From a virus (lineage: Duplodnaviria > Caudoviricetes), in the IMG/VR virus record IMGVR_UViG_3300004241_000114, positions 1-37,245 of that record: a DNA stretch of 37,245 nt. The stretch is one strand, 5' to 3'. Made by a program: the position numbers and the translations under genes. The first letter of the stretch is position 1. Each line of letters opens with the position of its first letter. Positions 15,359 to 26,296 of this stretch are shown here, piece after piece. The notes under the pieces were generated by a model, which saw only the letters and a list, made by a program, of their open reading frames with translations, did no database searches and had not been told where the DNA came from.

Positions 15359-16237
15359 ATGGCAGTATATCAAACATACGATGCAGCTACAAATCATGAA
15401 GATTTGACAGATGTCTTAACAAAGCTCGGTCAGATGGACACACCAGTTTACGCTGGTTTGAGAAAAGTAGCAGCAAAGAATACTCTACACGAGTGGAGTA
15501 CATACGACTACGCAACAGCAACAGCTAATGCACAAGTCGAAGGAGCAACTTTCTCTTATGGAACACTAACAGCTCCATCAAGACTAAGTAACTACACCCA
15601 GATTTTCAGTAAAACCTTTCAGGTATCTGAGACTCAACAGGCTGTAGATCCAGCAGGAATGGAAGACGAGTATGCTTTCAGAGTAGAAGTAGCACTTAAA
15701 GAGATTGGTAGAGATATCGAGAAAGCTCTTGTAGATGGTACAGGAAACTCAGGAGCATCTGGAACAGCAAGAGAACTTAAAGGTATTCTTGCTTACATCA
15801 CAAACAATATATCTACTGGTACGGGTACTGGTAGGGCATTGACAGAAAGTGAATTGAACGGATTACTCCAAGATGTTCACTCTGATGGTGGAAACCCAGA
15901 CTGGTTACTTGGTTCCTTCAGACAGAAGAGAGCAGTAGCAGAATTAGCTTCAGCTAACAGAAGATATGTAGATGGTCAAAAGACATTTACTTCAGCTGTT
16001 GACGTTTACGAATCACCATTCGGACTCATGAGAGTTGATGGAGATAGTCAAATGGACTCAGACACACTATGTGCTTTATCAAAAGACATGTGGGCTGTAG
16101 CTCAACTAAGACCTGTTGCTAAGATGGACACACCAAAGACAGCAGACGCAAAGAACGGAGTTGTAATAGGTGAGTTGACACTTGAGTCAAGAGCAGACTC
16201 TTACAATGGTAAGATAACTGGACTTAAAGCAACTTAG
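15359..16237 (+). CDS. Major capsid protein (DUF5309/SU10-like)
   Basis: EDL.D.L....DTP, HEW, NYTQIF.K...VS.TQ, R.L.GI, GE.TLE motifs; followed by a terminator. Confidence 0.85.
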   Translation: MAVYQTYDAATNHEDLTDVLTKLGQMDTPVYAGLRKVAAKNTLHEWSTYDYATATANAQVEGATFSYGTLTAPSRLSNYTQIFSKTFQVSETQQAVDPAGMEDEYAFRVEVALKEIGRDIEKALVDGTGNSGASGTARELKGILAYITNNISTGTGTGRALTESELNGLLQDVHSDGGNPDWLLGSFRQKRAVAELASANRRYVDGQKTFTSAVDVYESPFGLMRVDGDSQMDSDTLCALSKDMWAVAQLRPVAKMDTPKTADAKNGVVIGELTLESRADSYNGKITGLKAT

Positions 16238-16262
16238 TTTTAGGACAATTCTTAACAGAAAG

Positions 16263-16284
16263 GAGGACTTCGGTCCTCTTTTTT
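16263..16284 (+). terminator. Rho-independent terminator
   Basis: GAGGAC-TTCG-GTCCTC followed by TTTTTT. Confidence 0.9.
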
Positions 16285-16303
16285 GTTTGTGTTATAATTT
16301 CAT

Positions 16304-16708
16304 ATGCTAGTAGATGACACAGGAAAACCCTTAGAGGGGTCAAAGAGTAAAGACGAAGTTATGAAAATACTTGAAAAACTTGCTCCAAAGAATAAAGAAG
16401 AGGAGAGAATACTGGCTCAAAAGATAGGGCAGAGTATAGAAGCTAATAGAAAGGCTAAAGTAGGTAAGGGAATAGAGACTGGCTTTGATGGTTTATTCCA
16501 GGAGAACCTACAAGAGAGAGTTAAAGGGGACAGTTTCACCAAAGAGAGAACTATGAGAAGAATTGCAAGTATTCCAAGAGAAATGGTATATATTGCAGAG
16601 AGTATTTGGGGACCTAATGTTCTTACAGACCCTGTATTATTCAGAGAGGCGTTTGTAAAAGACGAAACAGGACAGTTTTGTTTAACAGTAGATCCTAAAA
16701 CTATATAA
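16304..16708 (+). CDS. Hypothetical protein
   Basis: 134 aa; ATG 5 nt after TGTTATAAT; RRIASIP segment. Confidence 0.7.
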   Translation: MLVDDTGKPLEGSKSKDEVMKILEKLAPKNKEEERILAQKIGQSIEANRKAKVGKGIETGFDGLFQENLQERVKGDSFTKERTMRRIASIPREMVYIAESIWGPNVLTDPVLFREAFVKDETGQFCLTVDPKTI

Positions 16709-16724
16709 ATTGAGGGGAAAACCC

Positions 16725-17891
16725 ATGAAAAAGAGACCTTTAAGAGTGTTATTTCTACCTGTAGATGATGGTGGTTGTGGTTGGTATCGTGTTCGTATAT
16801 GGCACAAAATGTTCAAGAAAATGGATAATGTTGAGAGTTTAATCATAGAAACCAAAGATAAACCCTCAGAAAAACAACAACATGAAGCTATTGCTAACGC
16901 AGACGTGGTTGTTGCAAGACTTTCAGGTATTCCTTACATAAGAGTAATCAAAGAAGATATAGACCCTCATAAACCCATAGTGTTTGACCATGACGATAAT
17001 ACAATGGAGATACTTCCTTCAAGTGAGCATTATAGAGATTTTGGCACACAGGATGCTTATGCTTATATAGACGGAACAGCAAAGCCAATATGGGTAACAG
17101 GGGAGGGTGATTTTAACAGGTTTAAAAACTTATGGAATCAAATGACCCTAATATATGCCTTGGGTAGTGCAGACTTAATTACAGCCCCTGTACAGAGTCT
17201 TGTGGACTTCTATATGCAGTATGGATCTAAAGAAACAAAAGGTGCAGTCCTTCCTAATAGTTTAGATTTTAATATGTGGCCAGAAGGTAAGTTTAAATGG
17301 GATAAAAGACCAGAGAATGAAATACGTATCGGTTGGCAAGGTGGGATTTCTCACTTGGCTGATTGGAATGAAATAGGAAAGACTATGGGTAAGGTGCTTA
17401 AGGATTATCCAGAGGTTACTGTTCATATAATGGGCAGTTACTTTGACAATCAGTTTAAGAGTTTTGAGGATAGGATTACATTTTACGACTGGGTTCCTTT
17501 TGAAGGATATCCAGCAAGACTAGCAACTTTGGGTCTTGATGCTGCTATTATTCCACTTGAGGACAAAACATTTAACAGGTTTAAAAGCGAGGTTAAGTTT
17601 ACAGAGTTTAGTAAAATGGGGGTACCGGTTCTTGTTAAAGATATACCTCCGTACAATGCAGTATGTAAGAATAAATACACAGCATACACATATAAAGATA
17701 ATAAGGAGTTTGAAGTTAGATTAAGAGAGATGTTAGACGATTTAAAGGGCAGTAAAGAGATGGCAAACAAGGTAGTTAAGAACGCTCAGAAGTGGGTTAA
17801 AAAGGAGAGAAATGCAGTAGAAACAGCCAAGAAAGTAGTTGAAGCATACAAATCTATATTACCTGAAGAAGTCCAAGAAGAATTACTCTAG
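16725..17891 (+). CDS. GT-B fold (GT4-like) glycosyltransferase
   Basis: GGCGWYR, VFDHDD, LPNSLD, IGWQGG.SH..D, IIPL....FN..KSEVK..E. ATG 16725 preferred to TTG 16710. Confidence 0.85.
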   Translation: MKKRPLRVLFLPVDDGGCGWYRVRIWHKMFKKMDNVESLIIETKDKPSEKQQHEAIANADVVVARLSGIPYIRVIKEDIDPHKPIVFDHDDNTMEILPSSEHYRDFGTQDAYAYIDGTAKPIWVTGEGDFNRFKNLWNQMTLIYALGSADLITAPVQSLVDFYMQYGSKETKGAVLPNSLDFNMWPEGKFKWDKRPENEIRIGWQGGISHLADWNEIGKTMGKVLKDYPEVTVHIMGSYFDNQFKSFEDRITFYDWVPFEGYPARLATLGLDAAIIPLEDKTFNRFKSEVKFTEFSKMGVPVLVKDIPPYNAVCKNKYTAYTYKDNKEFEVRLREMLDDLKGSKEMANKVVKNAQKWVKKERNAVETAKKVVEAYKSILPEEVQEELL

Positions 17892-17943
17892 TGTGTTATA
17901 ATTAAATAGATAAGAGGGGGAAGTTATTTGATTATTAAAAAAA

Positions 17944-18606
17944 ATGACATTCCTTGAAATGCAGACAGAGGTTGGAGATCTTCTTAATTATGCAGTTGCT
18001 TCTGGAAGTACAATAACAACAACTCAGGTTAAGAGGGATTTAAACACGGCAAAGGATATTGTTTTCAATAGACTCGTTTCACTAGGACAAGATTATAATG
18101 CAAGGCTTACTAAAGCCAATTTAGTTGCAAACCAATCTTTGTATGGGTTGCCAAGCGATTGTAGAAAGATTTTAAGAGTAGAAGTAGGTTATGAGACTAG
18201 CAGTGATAGGTTTAAAGCTAGAAGAATGGATGGAAACGAAGAGAATGATCCTGTTTATACTACTTATGTAGAAACTTCACCAAGATATGTTGTAAGAGGT
18301 AGTAATATAGAGTTAAAACCAACACCAAGTAGCAATGTTACAGACGGATTACAACTTCTTTATGTAGAAGATTTAGCAGACATGACAGATAATACAGATA
18401 CCTCAGGGCTTCCTTTTGAGTATGATTACCTTTTAACGTTGTATTCAGCAGGAAAAGGTAAGTATAAACTAGGACTAGCAGAAGAAGGTAACAACTATAT
18501 GGCACAGTTTAGGTTAGGTTTGGATGATATGGAGCAGCAAGTTATAGAAAGGAATATGGATGACAGTCCTTCTATAATTATAAGAGATGAGTATGGTGGA
18601 TTATAA
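17944..18606 (+). CDS. Head-tail adaptor protein
   Basis: MTF.EM...V, YGLPSD, I.L.PTP, LP..Y pattern of podoviral adaptors; position. Confidence 0.65.
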   Translation: MTFLEMQTEVGDLLNYAVASGSTITTTQVKRDLNTAKDIVFNRLVSLGQDYNARLTKANLVANQSLYGLPSDCRKILRVEVGYETSSDRFKARRMDGNEENDPVYTTYVETSPRYVVRGSNIELKPTPSSNVTDGLQLLYVEDLADMTDNTDTSGLPFEYDYLLTLYSAGKGKYKLGLAEEGNNYMAQFRLGLDDMEQQVIERNMDDSPSIIIRDEYGGL

Positions 18607-18872
18607 TGACAAACTATACAAAAGTAGGAGATGCAACGACAACATATACAAAAACGGGGGATTCTAGCTCTTCATACACGAAAGTTTCAGACATTCAAAC
18701 ACAATACAAGTCTTTTGGTGGTTTGATATATCTAGTAACTGAAGGGAGTAGGGATATAATAACAAACGAAGACAGTTCTACTTATATTGTTGTAAGTAAG
18801 GGGGTTGAAAGTGATACATATACAAAGGTTGGGGACTCAACGACTAATTATACTAAAGTAATAGACGCATAG
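18606..18872 (+). CDS. Small Thr-rich protein with YTKxxD repeats
   Basis: Five YTK(V/T)(G/S/I)D units at 10-aa spacing, in two clusters. Confidence 0.7.
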   Translation: MTNYTKVGDATTTYTKTGDSSSSYTKVSDIQTQYKSFGGLIYLVTEGSRDIITNEDSSTYIVVSKGVESDTYTKVGDSTTNYTKVIDA

Positions 18873-18873
18873 T

Positions 18874-21777
18874 ATGGCCAACACAAAAACAATTACAGAA
18901 TTAACAACACTGGCTACAATAGAAACAGGGAAAGACTGGTTACCAGTTGTAGATACAAGTGATACAACAGAGAGTTCACTAGGTACAACAAAGAGGGCTG
19001 TGGTAGATCAGTTCATTGGAGCTACCGGTCCTACAGGTGCAACTGGGGCCACTGGGAGTACTGGTGCTACAGGACCCACAGGAAGTACCGGGCCAACTGG
19101 GCCAACTGGTGCTACTGGAGCAGACAGTACAGTTGCAGGTCCTACCGGGCCAACTGGGCCAACTGGTCCTACGGGAGCAACTGGAGCTGATAGTACAGTC
19201 GCAGGTCCGACAGGAGCCACTGGTTCTACAGGACCAACTGGTCCAACTGGTTCTACAGGACCACAAGGAATACAAGGAATACAGGGTGTACAAGGTATCA
19301 CAGGTCCGACAGGAGCTACAGGAGCCACAGGACCACAAGGTGTGCAAGGAGAGGTCGGCCCTACGGGACCAACAGGACCTACAGGAGCTACGGGTGCAGA
19401 TTCAACAGTAGCAGGTCCGACTGGTCCTACTGGTCCTCAAGGTGATATAGGTCCTACTGGTCCAACAGGTCCAACCGGAGACGAAGGAGATCCAGGAGAT
19501 ATATATGCTACAACCTCTACAACGACAATAGATTTAGATACAGTAACAGGAGAGAATAGTGTAACAGTTGATAGTGGACTTGCTTATACAGCAGCACAAT
19601 CAATTATTATTGCTTATGATTCTAGTAATTATATAGAAGCTACAGTTGTATCTTATGCAACAACAACACTTACATACAATGCAGTTACAGTACATGGAAC
19701 AGGAGAATATTCAAGCTGGGATGTTAACCTAGCTGGTGCGCCTGGACCTCAAGGACCAACTGGTGCTACTGGAGCTACTGGTCCAACAGGTGCCACAGGT
19801 GCTACTGGTCCAGACAATATAACAACAGCAACAGATACGAACTTGACGGGGTTTCTTAAAGGGAATGGGAGCAAAGTTTTAGTAAGTACAACAGCTGTGG
19901 TTCAAGGAACTTCTACAACAGCAAGGACAACAGTAGCAAAGACCTGTACCATATCAGGATATACATTAACAGCAGGGGATATGTTGGCGATAACGTTTAC
20001 AGACGGGTTTTCAGTTAATAGTGCAACATTAAATATCAATAGTGGTGGTGCAGTAGCAATTTATGTAGGAGGTGTGGCAATAACAACTACACTTTTAAGT
20101 GTAGCAGCAGGAACTACTTTCACATTACCTTTGTATTATGACGGTACATATTTCTATGCTTATGGGAGTTCTCTTAACACAAATACGACTTATACAGAAA
20201 TATCTGAGGCTGAGATAACGGCAGGAACTGCTACAACTTTAAGGTCATTATCAGGTCGTAGGGCAGGATATATTGTAGGTAAATCAATTCCAGCAGTAAC
20301 CCCTGGAACTTCTGGCAATCTTTTAACCTCTGATGGTTCAGCTTGGACAAGTACTGCACCAGCTGCAGAAACTGATCCTGTTTGGGAAAGTGAAAAAACT
20401 GGTTATGTTAAGATACAAGATGAGGAGGGAACACCAGTTGACTCTATAAGCTCAGCACTTAGACTTCTTTATAATGGCTCGGGAAGTGAGGTTTATAGCT
20501 GGGGGACAGGTATATTTAAAGATGCTGCAGGTAATACAGTTATAGACTTAGAGAACAGACAATTATGGACATTAGACGGGGCAACCAATAATTATATAGC
20601 TAACTGGGAAAACGGAAAGTTTGGGGTAAGTTCTTTAGGTGGATATAAAGGTTCTTTTGACGCAGATAGCCTAACTGAAGCAAGAGGTTTTGTACTTCCT
20701 GATAAGGATGGAACTATTGCATTATTAGATGATGTTGTTACAGGTCCTACGGGACCAACTGGGCCTACGGGAGCAGATAGCACTGTAGCTGGGCCTACAG
20801 GAGATACTGGGCCTACAGGAGCAACTGGTGCAGATGGAGTAACTTATACGTGGAAAGGGGCTTGGGCTACCTCAACAGGATATGACTTAAACGATACAGT
20901 TGAAAATAATGGTTCGGGATATGTATGTACATCAGGACACACATCAGGAGCTTCAACAGAGCCTGGTGTAGGTGTAGATTGGGCAACAGTATGGGATTTG
21001 TTTGTAGAAGGAACGGATAAGGATATGCCTACAGGGGATATAGTAGGAACAACAGATACCCAAATCCTTACCAACAAGACATTGACTCTTCCCCAGATAA
21101 ACGATACTTCGTCTGACCATCAATATATACTTGCAGTTAGCGAATTAACAGCAGATAGAACAACTACCCTTCCATTATTAATTGGTAATGATGAGTTTGT
21201 GTTTAAAGACCATACTCAAACATTAACAAATAAAACAATAAATGGTAGTGATAATACACTGGTTAACGTAATACCCTCTGGTACTGTTAGTATGTATGCA
21301 GGTTCTTCAGCACCAACAGGATACTTAATGTGTGATGGAAGTGCAGTAAGTAGAACTACTTATGCAGCTTTATTTACAGCAATATCAACAACTTGGGGTG
21401 TAGGGGATAATAGTACGACTTTTAATATACCTGATATGAGAGGTATATTCCCTAAGGGAGCTGGAACGACTAATAGAGCAGCAGGTGTTGATGGGAATGG
21501 TGGGGCTTATGCAGCCACATTAGGAACTTACTATCAGGATAAACTACAAGGGCATAGGCATAACTTTGTACTAACAGGAGCTGATGGTACTGGAAGTGCT
21601 TATGGGGAAACATCTCATGGAGGTGTTGCTGGAGGAGACAGAATAGTAACGACATCTTCTGCAGCACAGAGCCAGTATAGGGTTGGAGATGCAAGAACTG
21701 GAGACAATGGTACATTAAGAGAAGGTAATTTAACAGAACCTCAGAGTGCAGGTATAAACTATATTATTAAAACATAG
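18874..21777 (+). CDS. Collagen-like tail fibre with CBM-like module and C-terminal tail-collar domain
   Basis: Three G-X-T triplet blocks; WKGAW...Y..ND.V..NG..YVC; TQTLTNKT repeats; P.G.V..YAG..AP.GYL.CDG..VSR..YA.LF...FN.PD.RG. Confidence 0.85.
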   Translation: MANTKTITELTTLATIETGKDWLPVVDTSDTTESSLGTTKRAVVDQFIGATGPTGATGATGSTGATGPTGSTGPTGPTGATGADSTVAGPTGPTGPTGPTGATGADSTVAGPTGATGSTGPTGPTGSTGPQGIQGIQGVQGITGPTGATGATGPQGVQGEVGPTGPTGPTGATGADSTVAGPTGPTGPQGDIGPTGPTGPTGDEGDPGDIYATTSTTTIDLDTVTGENSVTVDSGLAYTAAQSIIIAYDSSNYIEATVVSYATTTLTYNAVTVHGTGEYSSWDVNLAGAPGPQGPTGATGATGPTGATGATGPDNITTATDTNLTGFLKGNGSKVLVSTTAVVQGTSTTARTTVAKTCTISGYTLTAGDMLAITFTDGFSVNSATLNINSGGAVAIYVGGVAITTTLLSVAAGTTFTLPLYYDGTYFYAYGSSLNTNTTYTEISEAEITAGTATTLRSLSGRRAGYIVGKSIPAVTPGTSGNLLTSDGSAWTSTAPAAETDPVWESEKTGYVKIQDEEGTPVDSISSALRLLYNGSGSEVYSWGTGIFKDAAGNTVIDLENRQLWTLDGATNNYIANWENGKFGVSSLGGYKGSFDADSLTEARGFVLPDKDGTIALLDDVVTGPTGPTGPTGADSTVAGPTGDTGPTGATGADGVTYTWKGAWATSTGYDLNDTVENNGSGYVCTSGHTSGASTEPGVGVDWATVWDLFVEGTDKDMPTGDIVGTTDTQILTNKTLTLPQINDTSSDHQYILAVSELTADRTTTLPLLIGNDEFVFKDHTQTLTNKTINGSDNTLVNVIPSGTVSMYAGSSAPTGYLMCDGSAVSRTTYAALFTAISTTWGVGDNSTTFNIPDMRGIFPKGAGTTNRAAGVDGNGGAYAATLGTYYQDKLQGHRHNFVLTGADGTGSAYGETSHGGVAGGDRIVTTSSAAQSQYRVGDARTGDNGTLREGNLTEPQSAGINYIIKT
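19018..19500 (+). repeat. Collagen-coding 9-bp periodic repeat
   Basis: GG(N)-CC(N)/GC(N)-AC(N) units with repeated [14 protein letters not shown] blocks. Confidence 0.9.
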
Positions 21778-22391
21778 TGGCAAAAATAAGTACATTACAA
21801 GATAGCTTCAATAATGGGTTTAATACAGACCTATGGACTAGAACTAATGATACAAACATCACTATTGAGAACAACAGGCTTAAAATGGAAACAAGTCTTT
21901 CTCCTGCTTATTATGAACTAGAGAGTAAGGCTAAGTACGATTTAAGTGATTCTTTTATACAGGTACACGCAATTACAAGTGGAGCTTTAACTTCTAGTGA
22001 AAATTATTTTATTCAGTTAATAAAGGATAGTAACAACTGGTACAAGTTATACCAAGCAGGAAGCACAATATATTTTTCTAAGAGAGTTGGTGGATCTACA
22101 ACGACAGTAGATTCGGATACATTTACTTCAGGTATGACAGAGTTTTATATATATGATACGGGAGAGGAACTGTTATCTTTTGCAGCTAATTCCACAGAGT
22201 CTCTTTTTCTTATATCAACTGCTAATGATGATTTTGATATTACAGAGCTTACAGTCAGTATCTCCATAGGTACATGGGACACAGAAACGGAAACAGTTTC
22301 TATGCTTGTAGATAATATAAATACCAGTTCTCCATATCTTCCTAATGTTGGACAGAAGTATGCCTTACCTGCATTTACTAATATAGTATAA
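21777..22391 (+). CDS. Beta-rich virion-associated hypothetical protein
   Basis: GTG start overlaps the fibre stop; L.DSFN...W N-terminus; beta-sandwich-like composition. Confidence 0.6.
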   Translation: MAKISTLQDSFNNGFNTDLWTRTNDTNITIENNRLKMETSLSPAYYELESKAKYDLSDSFIQVHAITSGALTSSENYFIQLIKDSNNWYKLYQAGSTIYFSKRVGGSTTTVDSDTFTSGMTEFYIYDTGEELLSFAANSTESLFLISTANDDFDITELTVSISIGTWDTETETVSMLVDNINTSSPYLPNVGQKYALPAFTNIV

Positions 22392-22398
22392 TAAAACA

Positions 22399-23268
22399 AT
22401 GAAAATATCTGCTGTTTTAATAGTAAAGAATGAAGAGAAAATACTTTCTCGTTGTCTTGATTCTTTAAATGGTTTTGAAGAGATTGTAGTGGTTGATACA
22501 GGATCTGAAGACAAAACAATAGAGATTGCTAGAAGATATGATGTAAAAATAGGACACTTTAAATGGGTTGATGACTTTTCCAAAGCAAGAAACTATGCAA
22601 AGCAATTAGCAACAGGAGATTGGATACTTAGTATAGACGCAGACGAGGTACTCAAGACCCCGTACAACGCTCTTAGCGACATTCTAAAACAAGAGAAAGA
22701 TAAAAAGGTATTAGGAGTGCATATGGTTGCAGAAGGTACAAATCAGGAGCATATTTTAGGAAGACTTTTCAAAAACGACAAAGATATTAAATGGGTTGGT
22801 GCTATACATGAAGTCTTAAATAAGCCAATAGAAAAAGATGCTGATGTTACTGTAGAGTATGGTTATTCCCCTGCTCATCAGTTAGACCCTGATATAGACT
22901 TTAGAATACTTAAAAAACAGGTTGTGGACAACCCTAAACTTGTAAGAGAAAGATACTATCTAGCAAGAGAATATTATTATAAAAGAGACTGGCAAGAAGC
23001 TATTGACGAAATAGATAGGTATTTAAAGGTAGCCACTTGGAGACCAGAGATAAATGACGCTTGGTTAATGAGGGCAAGGTGTTTATCAGAGCAAAAGAAG
23101 TTCGAAGAAGCATGTGATTGTGCATGGGAGGCTCTTAAATACAACGCTAACTTCAAAGAAGCGTTAGATTTTCTTTCAAAGCATATGGATCCTGTAAATG
23201 CAAATAGGTGGGCTAGTTTCAGAGATCTTGCAGACAATAGTAATGTACTTTTCAAAAGGACAGAGTAA
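22399..23268 (+). CDS. GT2 glycosyltransferase with C-terminal TPR
   Basis: IVKNEE, VVDTGSEDKT, DDFSKARN, WILSIDADE, W.G.IHE; YYLAREY TPR-like helices. Confidence 0.9.
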   Translation: MKISAVLIVKNEEKILSRCLDSLNGFEEIVVVDTGSEDKTIEIARRYDVKIGHFKWVDDFSKARNYAKQLATGDWILSIDADEVLKTPYNALSDILKQEKDKKVLGVHMVAEGTNQEHILGRLFKNDKDIKWVGAIHEVLNKPIEKDADVTVEYGYSPAHQLDPDIDFRILKKQVVDNPKLVRERYYLAREYYYKRDWQEAIDEIDRYLKVATWRPEINDAWLMRARCLSEQKKFEEACDCAWEALKYNANFKEALDFLSKHMDPVNANRWASFRDLADNSNVLFKRTE

Positions 23269-23309
23269 ATCAATGGTATAATTAAATAGATTAGTTAATA
23301 GGTACTATT

Positions 23310-24791
23310 ATGCCAAGATCAAAAAGGATAAACCAAGAATATATGGATTTTAGTGGTGGTGTACAGGATTTTACTTCACCTTTACTACTAAATGAAAGTG
23401 AGTCTCCTCTTTCATACAATGTTGATATACGAAGACCAGGAAAGCTAGAAAAAGCTCTTGGTTATGCTCAATTAGGAAGTGGAGTAGGAAGTGGTTACAA
23501 CAGAGGGGTTTTTTCATGGGACAAAGAAAATGGAACTACAGAGTTATATCATGTTTACGATGATGATCTATATAAATACACGGGAACGGCTAGTGGTTGG
23601 TCTTCTGTTGGTGATATGGGTACGGGTGGTGCAGACCCTGTCGAGTGGGTTGTACACTTTGTAAACACGGGAACAGGAGTAGGAAGTGCAGCAGATAGTT
23701 TTGCAGAGAGACTTTATATATCACAGGGCTTGGATTTAGGGACTATTAAATACACAACAGGAAGTTCTATATCAGAAATAGCTAATGTATATGCCAGACA
23801 CTTAGAACTTTACAAGGGAAGGTTGTATGCAGGAAATGTTAAACAAGGAAGTAATACACACCCAACAAGGGTTATATACTCAGATGTTTCAGGAGAGGAT
23901 TTTCCTACAGATAACTATTTAGACGATATGGGAGAGCCAATATCAGCACTTAGAGAGTTTTCAGGAGCATTATTCATATTTACAGAGAACAAAGCAGCTT
24001 ATTACGATGGGTATGCTTTAACCTTTCTTAACGCAAATGGAGGTACTACAAACGCAGAAACAGTAAGGGTAACAGAAAGCAGATTGTTTTGGTACAACAG
24101 AGGAGGTGTTTATATATATGCAGGTGGTACAGAAGCAACCTTGATATCAAGACCAGTTTCTACATGGCTAGAACAAATCTCAGACGCAACAGCAGTAACA
24201 GCAGGACTAGATACTCAAGGAAGATACTGCTTGTATATAGGAGATGTAACAGTCAATAGTGTTTCTTATAGTGATGTAGTTCTTGTTTATGATGTTTTGA
24301 TAAACGCTTGGACTATTCTTAAAGACAGACCTTTTAAGTATTGGACAAGAAACAAAGCAGGTGGTGTTTATGAGTTGTATGTAACTAACCCAGACGGGCA
24401 AGAAGTATGGCAAGGAGACTTTGAGTATTCGTTAAATGGTTCTACACAAGCGTCTTTATTCCAAACAGCTAAGTTATACGGAGATCCAGAGCATGTTGAC
24501 GATATAAAAACTGCTTATAAGGTAGAGGTTGTTTACAAACCAACAAATCAGAGTGAATACATTACAGTTAAATACAGACTTAATGGTACTGGGAATTGGA
24601 ATCAAATAGAAGCAACAAACAACAATATAAACCTTTCAGGAACAGACGAGATTAAGATTGAAGAATTGGTTTTACCAGAATACAGTACAGGAAAGTTTTT
24701 GGAATTACAGCTTTCTCACAGTTCGACTGTTAGTGGTTTTGAAATATACTGTATCAATCTAAAGTATGACGTTGTAAGAGAACATGAATAA
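23310..24791 (+). CDS. Tail nozzle / head stabilisation protein (beta-propeller)
   Basis: DFSGG start, YKGRLY, RV.YSD, VYD....WT blade-like motifs; size and position. Confidence 0.7.
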   Translation: MPRSKRINQEYMDFSGGVQDFTSPLLLNESESPLSYNVDIRRPGKLEKALGYAQLGSGVGSGYNRGVFSWDKENGTTELYHVYDDDLYKYTGTASGWSSVGDMGTGGADPVEWVVHFVNTGTGVGSAADSFAERLYISQGLDLGTIKYTTGSSISEIANVYARHLELYKGRLYAGNVKQGSNTHPTRVIYSDVSGEDFPTDNYLDDMGEPISALREFSGALFIFTENKAAYYDGYALTFLNANGGTTNAETVRVTESRLFWYNRGGVYIYAGGTEATLISRPVSTWLEQISDATAVTAGLDTQGRYCLYIGDVTVNSVSYSDVVLVYDVLINAWTILKDRPFKYWTRNKAGGVYELYVTNPDGQEVWQGDFEYSLNGSTQASLFQTAKLYGDPEHVDDIKTAYKVEVVYKPTNQSEYITVKYRLNGTGNWNQIEATNNNINLSGTDEIKIEELVLPEYSTGKFLELQLSHSSTVSGFEIYCINLKYDVVREHE

Positions 24792-24996
24792 GACAGTAAA
24801 AGACTTAAGAAGCCAATTAGGGGCATATCTAACAAAGCCCTTGGCTGTTAGTAGTGGAAATATGAGTACACAACAAAACATATCAGCAACTTCTTTATCT
24901 CAAGGAGGGTTAACAGGTCAGTTTGTAATAGGAGATAAAGGGGCTATTATTATAACAGATAAGGTTTTAATAGGGTACCAATTAAATGGCTTCTAA
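24784..24996 (+). CDS. Small tail-associated protein
   Basis: Overlaps both neighbours; ends VLIGY..NGF. Confidence 0.6.
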   Translation: MNKTVKDLRSQLGAYLTKPLAVSSGNMSTQQNISATSLSQGGLTGQFVIGDKGAIIITDKVLIGYQLNGF

Positions 24997-25306
24997 TTAC
25001 GGGGTTAAAGTAATACAAGATGGTAAAACTTTAGACCTAGAGCTAACAAACGATAATATACAGTTTTTAAACTTTTTCTCAAGAGACTCTACTTTGATGA
25101 TAGTAAAAACAGCTCTCGTAAGTGGTGGAACTTATACACACAACCTTGGTTACAAACCCTTCTTTATTGCTTTTTCAGTTGACAGTACAACTACACCAAC
25201 ACAGTATATAAGAAATCTCTTAGTTGTTGGAGCTACTGCAAACACAACACAGATTACGGGGCTTCCAACTAATGCGTATGTTATATTATTTACAAAGAAT
25301 TATTAA
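24986..25306 (+). CDS. Minor tail protein, paralogue 1
   Basis: NYGVKV start; HNLGYKPF motif. Confidence 0.65.
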   Translation: MASNYGVKVIQDGKTLDLELTNDNIQFLNFFSRDSTLMIVKTALVSGGTYTHNLGYKPFFIAFSVDSTTTPTQYIRNLLVVGATANTTQITGLPTNAYVILFTKNY

Positions 25307-25732
25307 ATGGGAAACTATGGTATAAAAATAGCTAAAGAAAACAGTGATATTCAAAGTGAGAATCTTAAGGATTATGAACTTTGGAGTAAATATCCTATGG
25401 TTAAAGTTAAAAAGAGTGGTAGTGGAACACAAAGTTTAGTGGTTAGTAGTGGGTCTGGAAGCTTCTCTATTGAAATAGACGATTCTACGCTGTCTTTTGT
25501 TCCTATTGTTTTCGCAACCAGTGATGTTTATGATCCAACAATAGATGGTGTTATAAGCGATACCCAAATACCCTTTCGCACACAAAGTTCTACAGCATTG
25601 TTAAACTGTAGGTATTATTTTGAACAAAGTAGTGGAAAAATGTATTTTAAGGGGGATGTGCAGGGTGGTACAGATGGAACCTATAGTTTAGATTATGAGT
25701 ATATTATTTTGTATGACAAGTTTGATGAATAA
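25307..25732 (+). CDS. Minor tail protein, paralogue 2
   Basis: MGNYGIKIAKENSDI...DYELWSKY. Confidence 0.65.
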   Translation: MGNYGIKIAKENSDIQSENLKDYELWSKYPMVKVKKSGSGTQSLVVSSGSGSFSIEIDDSTLSFVPIVFATSDVYDPTIDGVISDTQIPFRTQSSTALLNCRYYFEQSSGKMYFKGDVQGGTDGTYSLDYEYIILYDKFDE

Positions 25733-26243
25733 TTGGGGTATAAAAATAGCTAAAGATAATTCTGATATAAACTCTAGTAACCCTAATGACTACAAGTTTT
25801 GGAGTAGATATAATTCTTTAACCCTTGTAAATACAGTAGATATAACTTTTAATGTAGAAGGTAGTTCTTCTGGAACAGAAAGTTTTGCTCATGGACAAGA
25901 TTATACACCTTTTGTTTTTGTTAAATACACAGGTACAAGTTTTAGTAATTCATTGCTACCAAGTGAGGAGGTTTTACCAGTTAGTTTTTCAGATGGTTTA
26001 TCTGAGGGTGGAACAATAACGGCATATGACCCATTTTTTGACACATCTTTTGAACCTATTTTTGGTAGTTTGGTTTTGACATATAGTGTAGATGATACAA
26101 ATATAAATATTTCTTGGAGTGTATCTGGGTTTGAAGGTGGTGGTGGTTATTCTGGTTATTTTACAGGGTGGGACCTTAAAGATATAACATTTACAGTAAC
26201 GGCTTCTATATATTCTTTTGACCTGTCTAGGATAATTAGTTAA
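25725..26243 (+). CDS. Minor tail protein, paralogue 3
   Basis: MNNWGIKIAKDNSDI...DYKFWSRY; HG.DYTPF; start 25725 chosen by paralogy. Confidence 0.65.
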   Translation: MNNWGIKIAKDNSDINSSNPNDYKFWSRYNSLTLVNTVDITFNVEGSSSGTESFAHGQDYTPFVFVKYTGTSFSNSLLPSEEVLPVSFSDGLSEGGTITAYDPFFDTSFEPIFGSLVLTYSVDDTNINISWSVSGFEGGGGYSGYFTGWDLKDITFTVTASIYSFDLSRIIS

Positions 26244-26296
26244 TGTGTTATAATATTATTAGATAAAAGAGGGGTATTTATTTGAATACCTATGAA

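Noticed and set aside
18979-19411. Overlapping ORFs on the minus strand and in an alternative frame within the collagen region
   Set aside because: Shadows of the stop-poor G-X-T codon repeat.
18874-21777. Diversity-generating retroelement targeting the tail fibre
   Set aside because: No reverse transcriptase and no template/variable repeat pair were seen.
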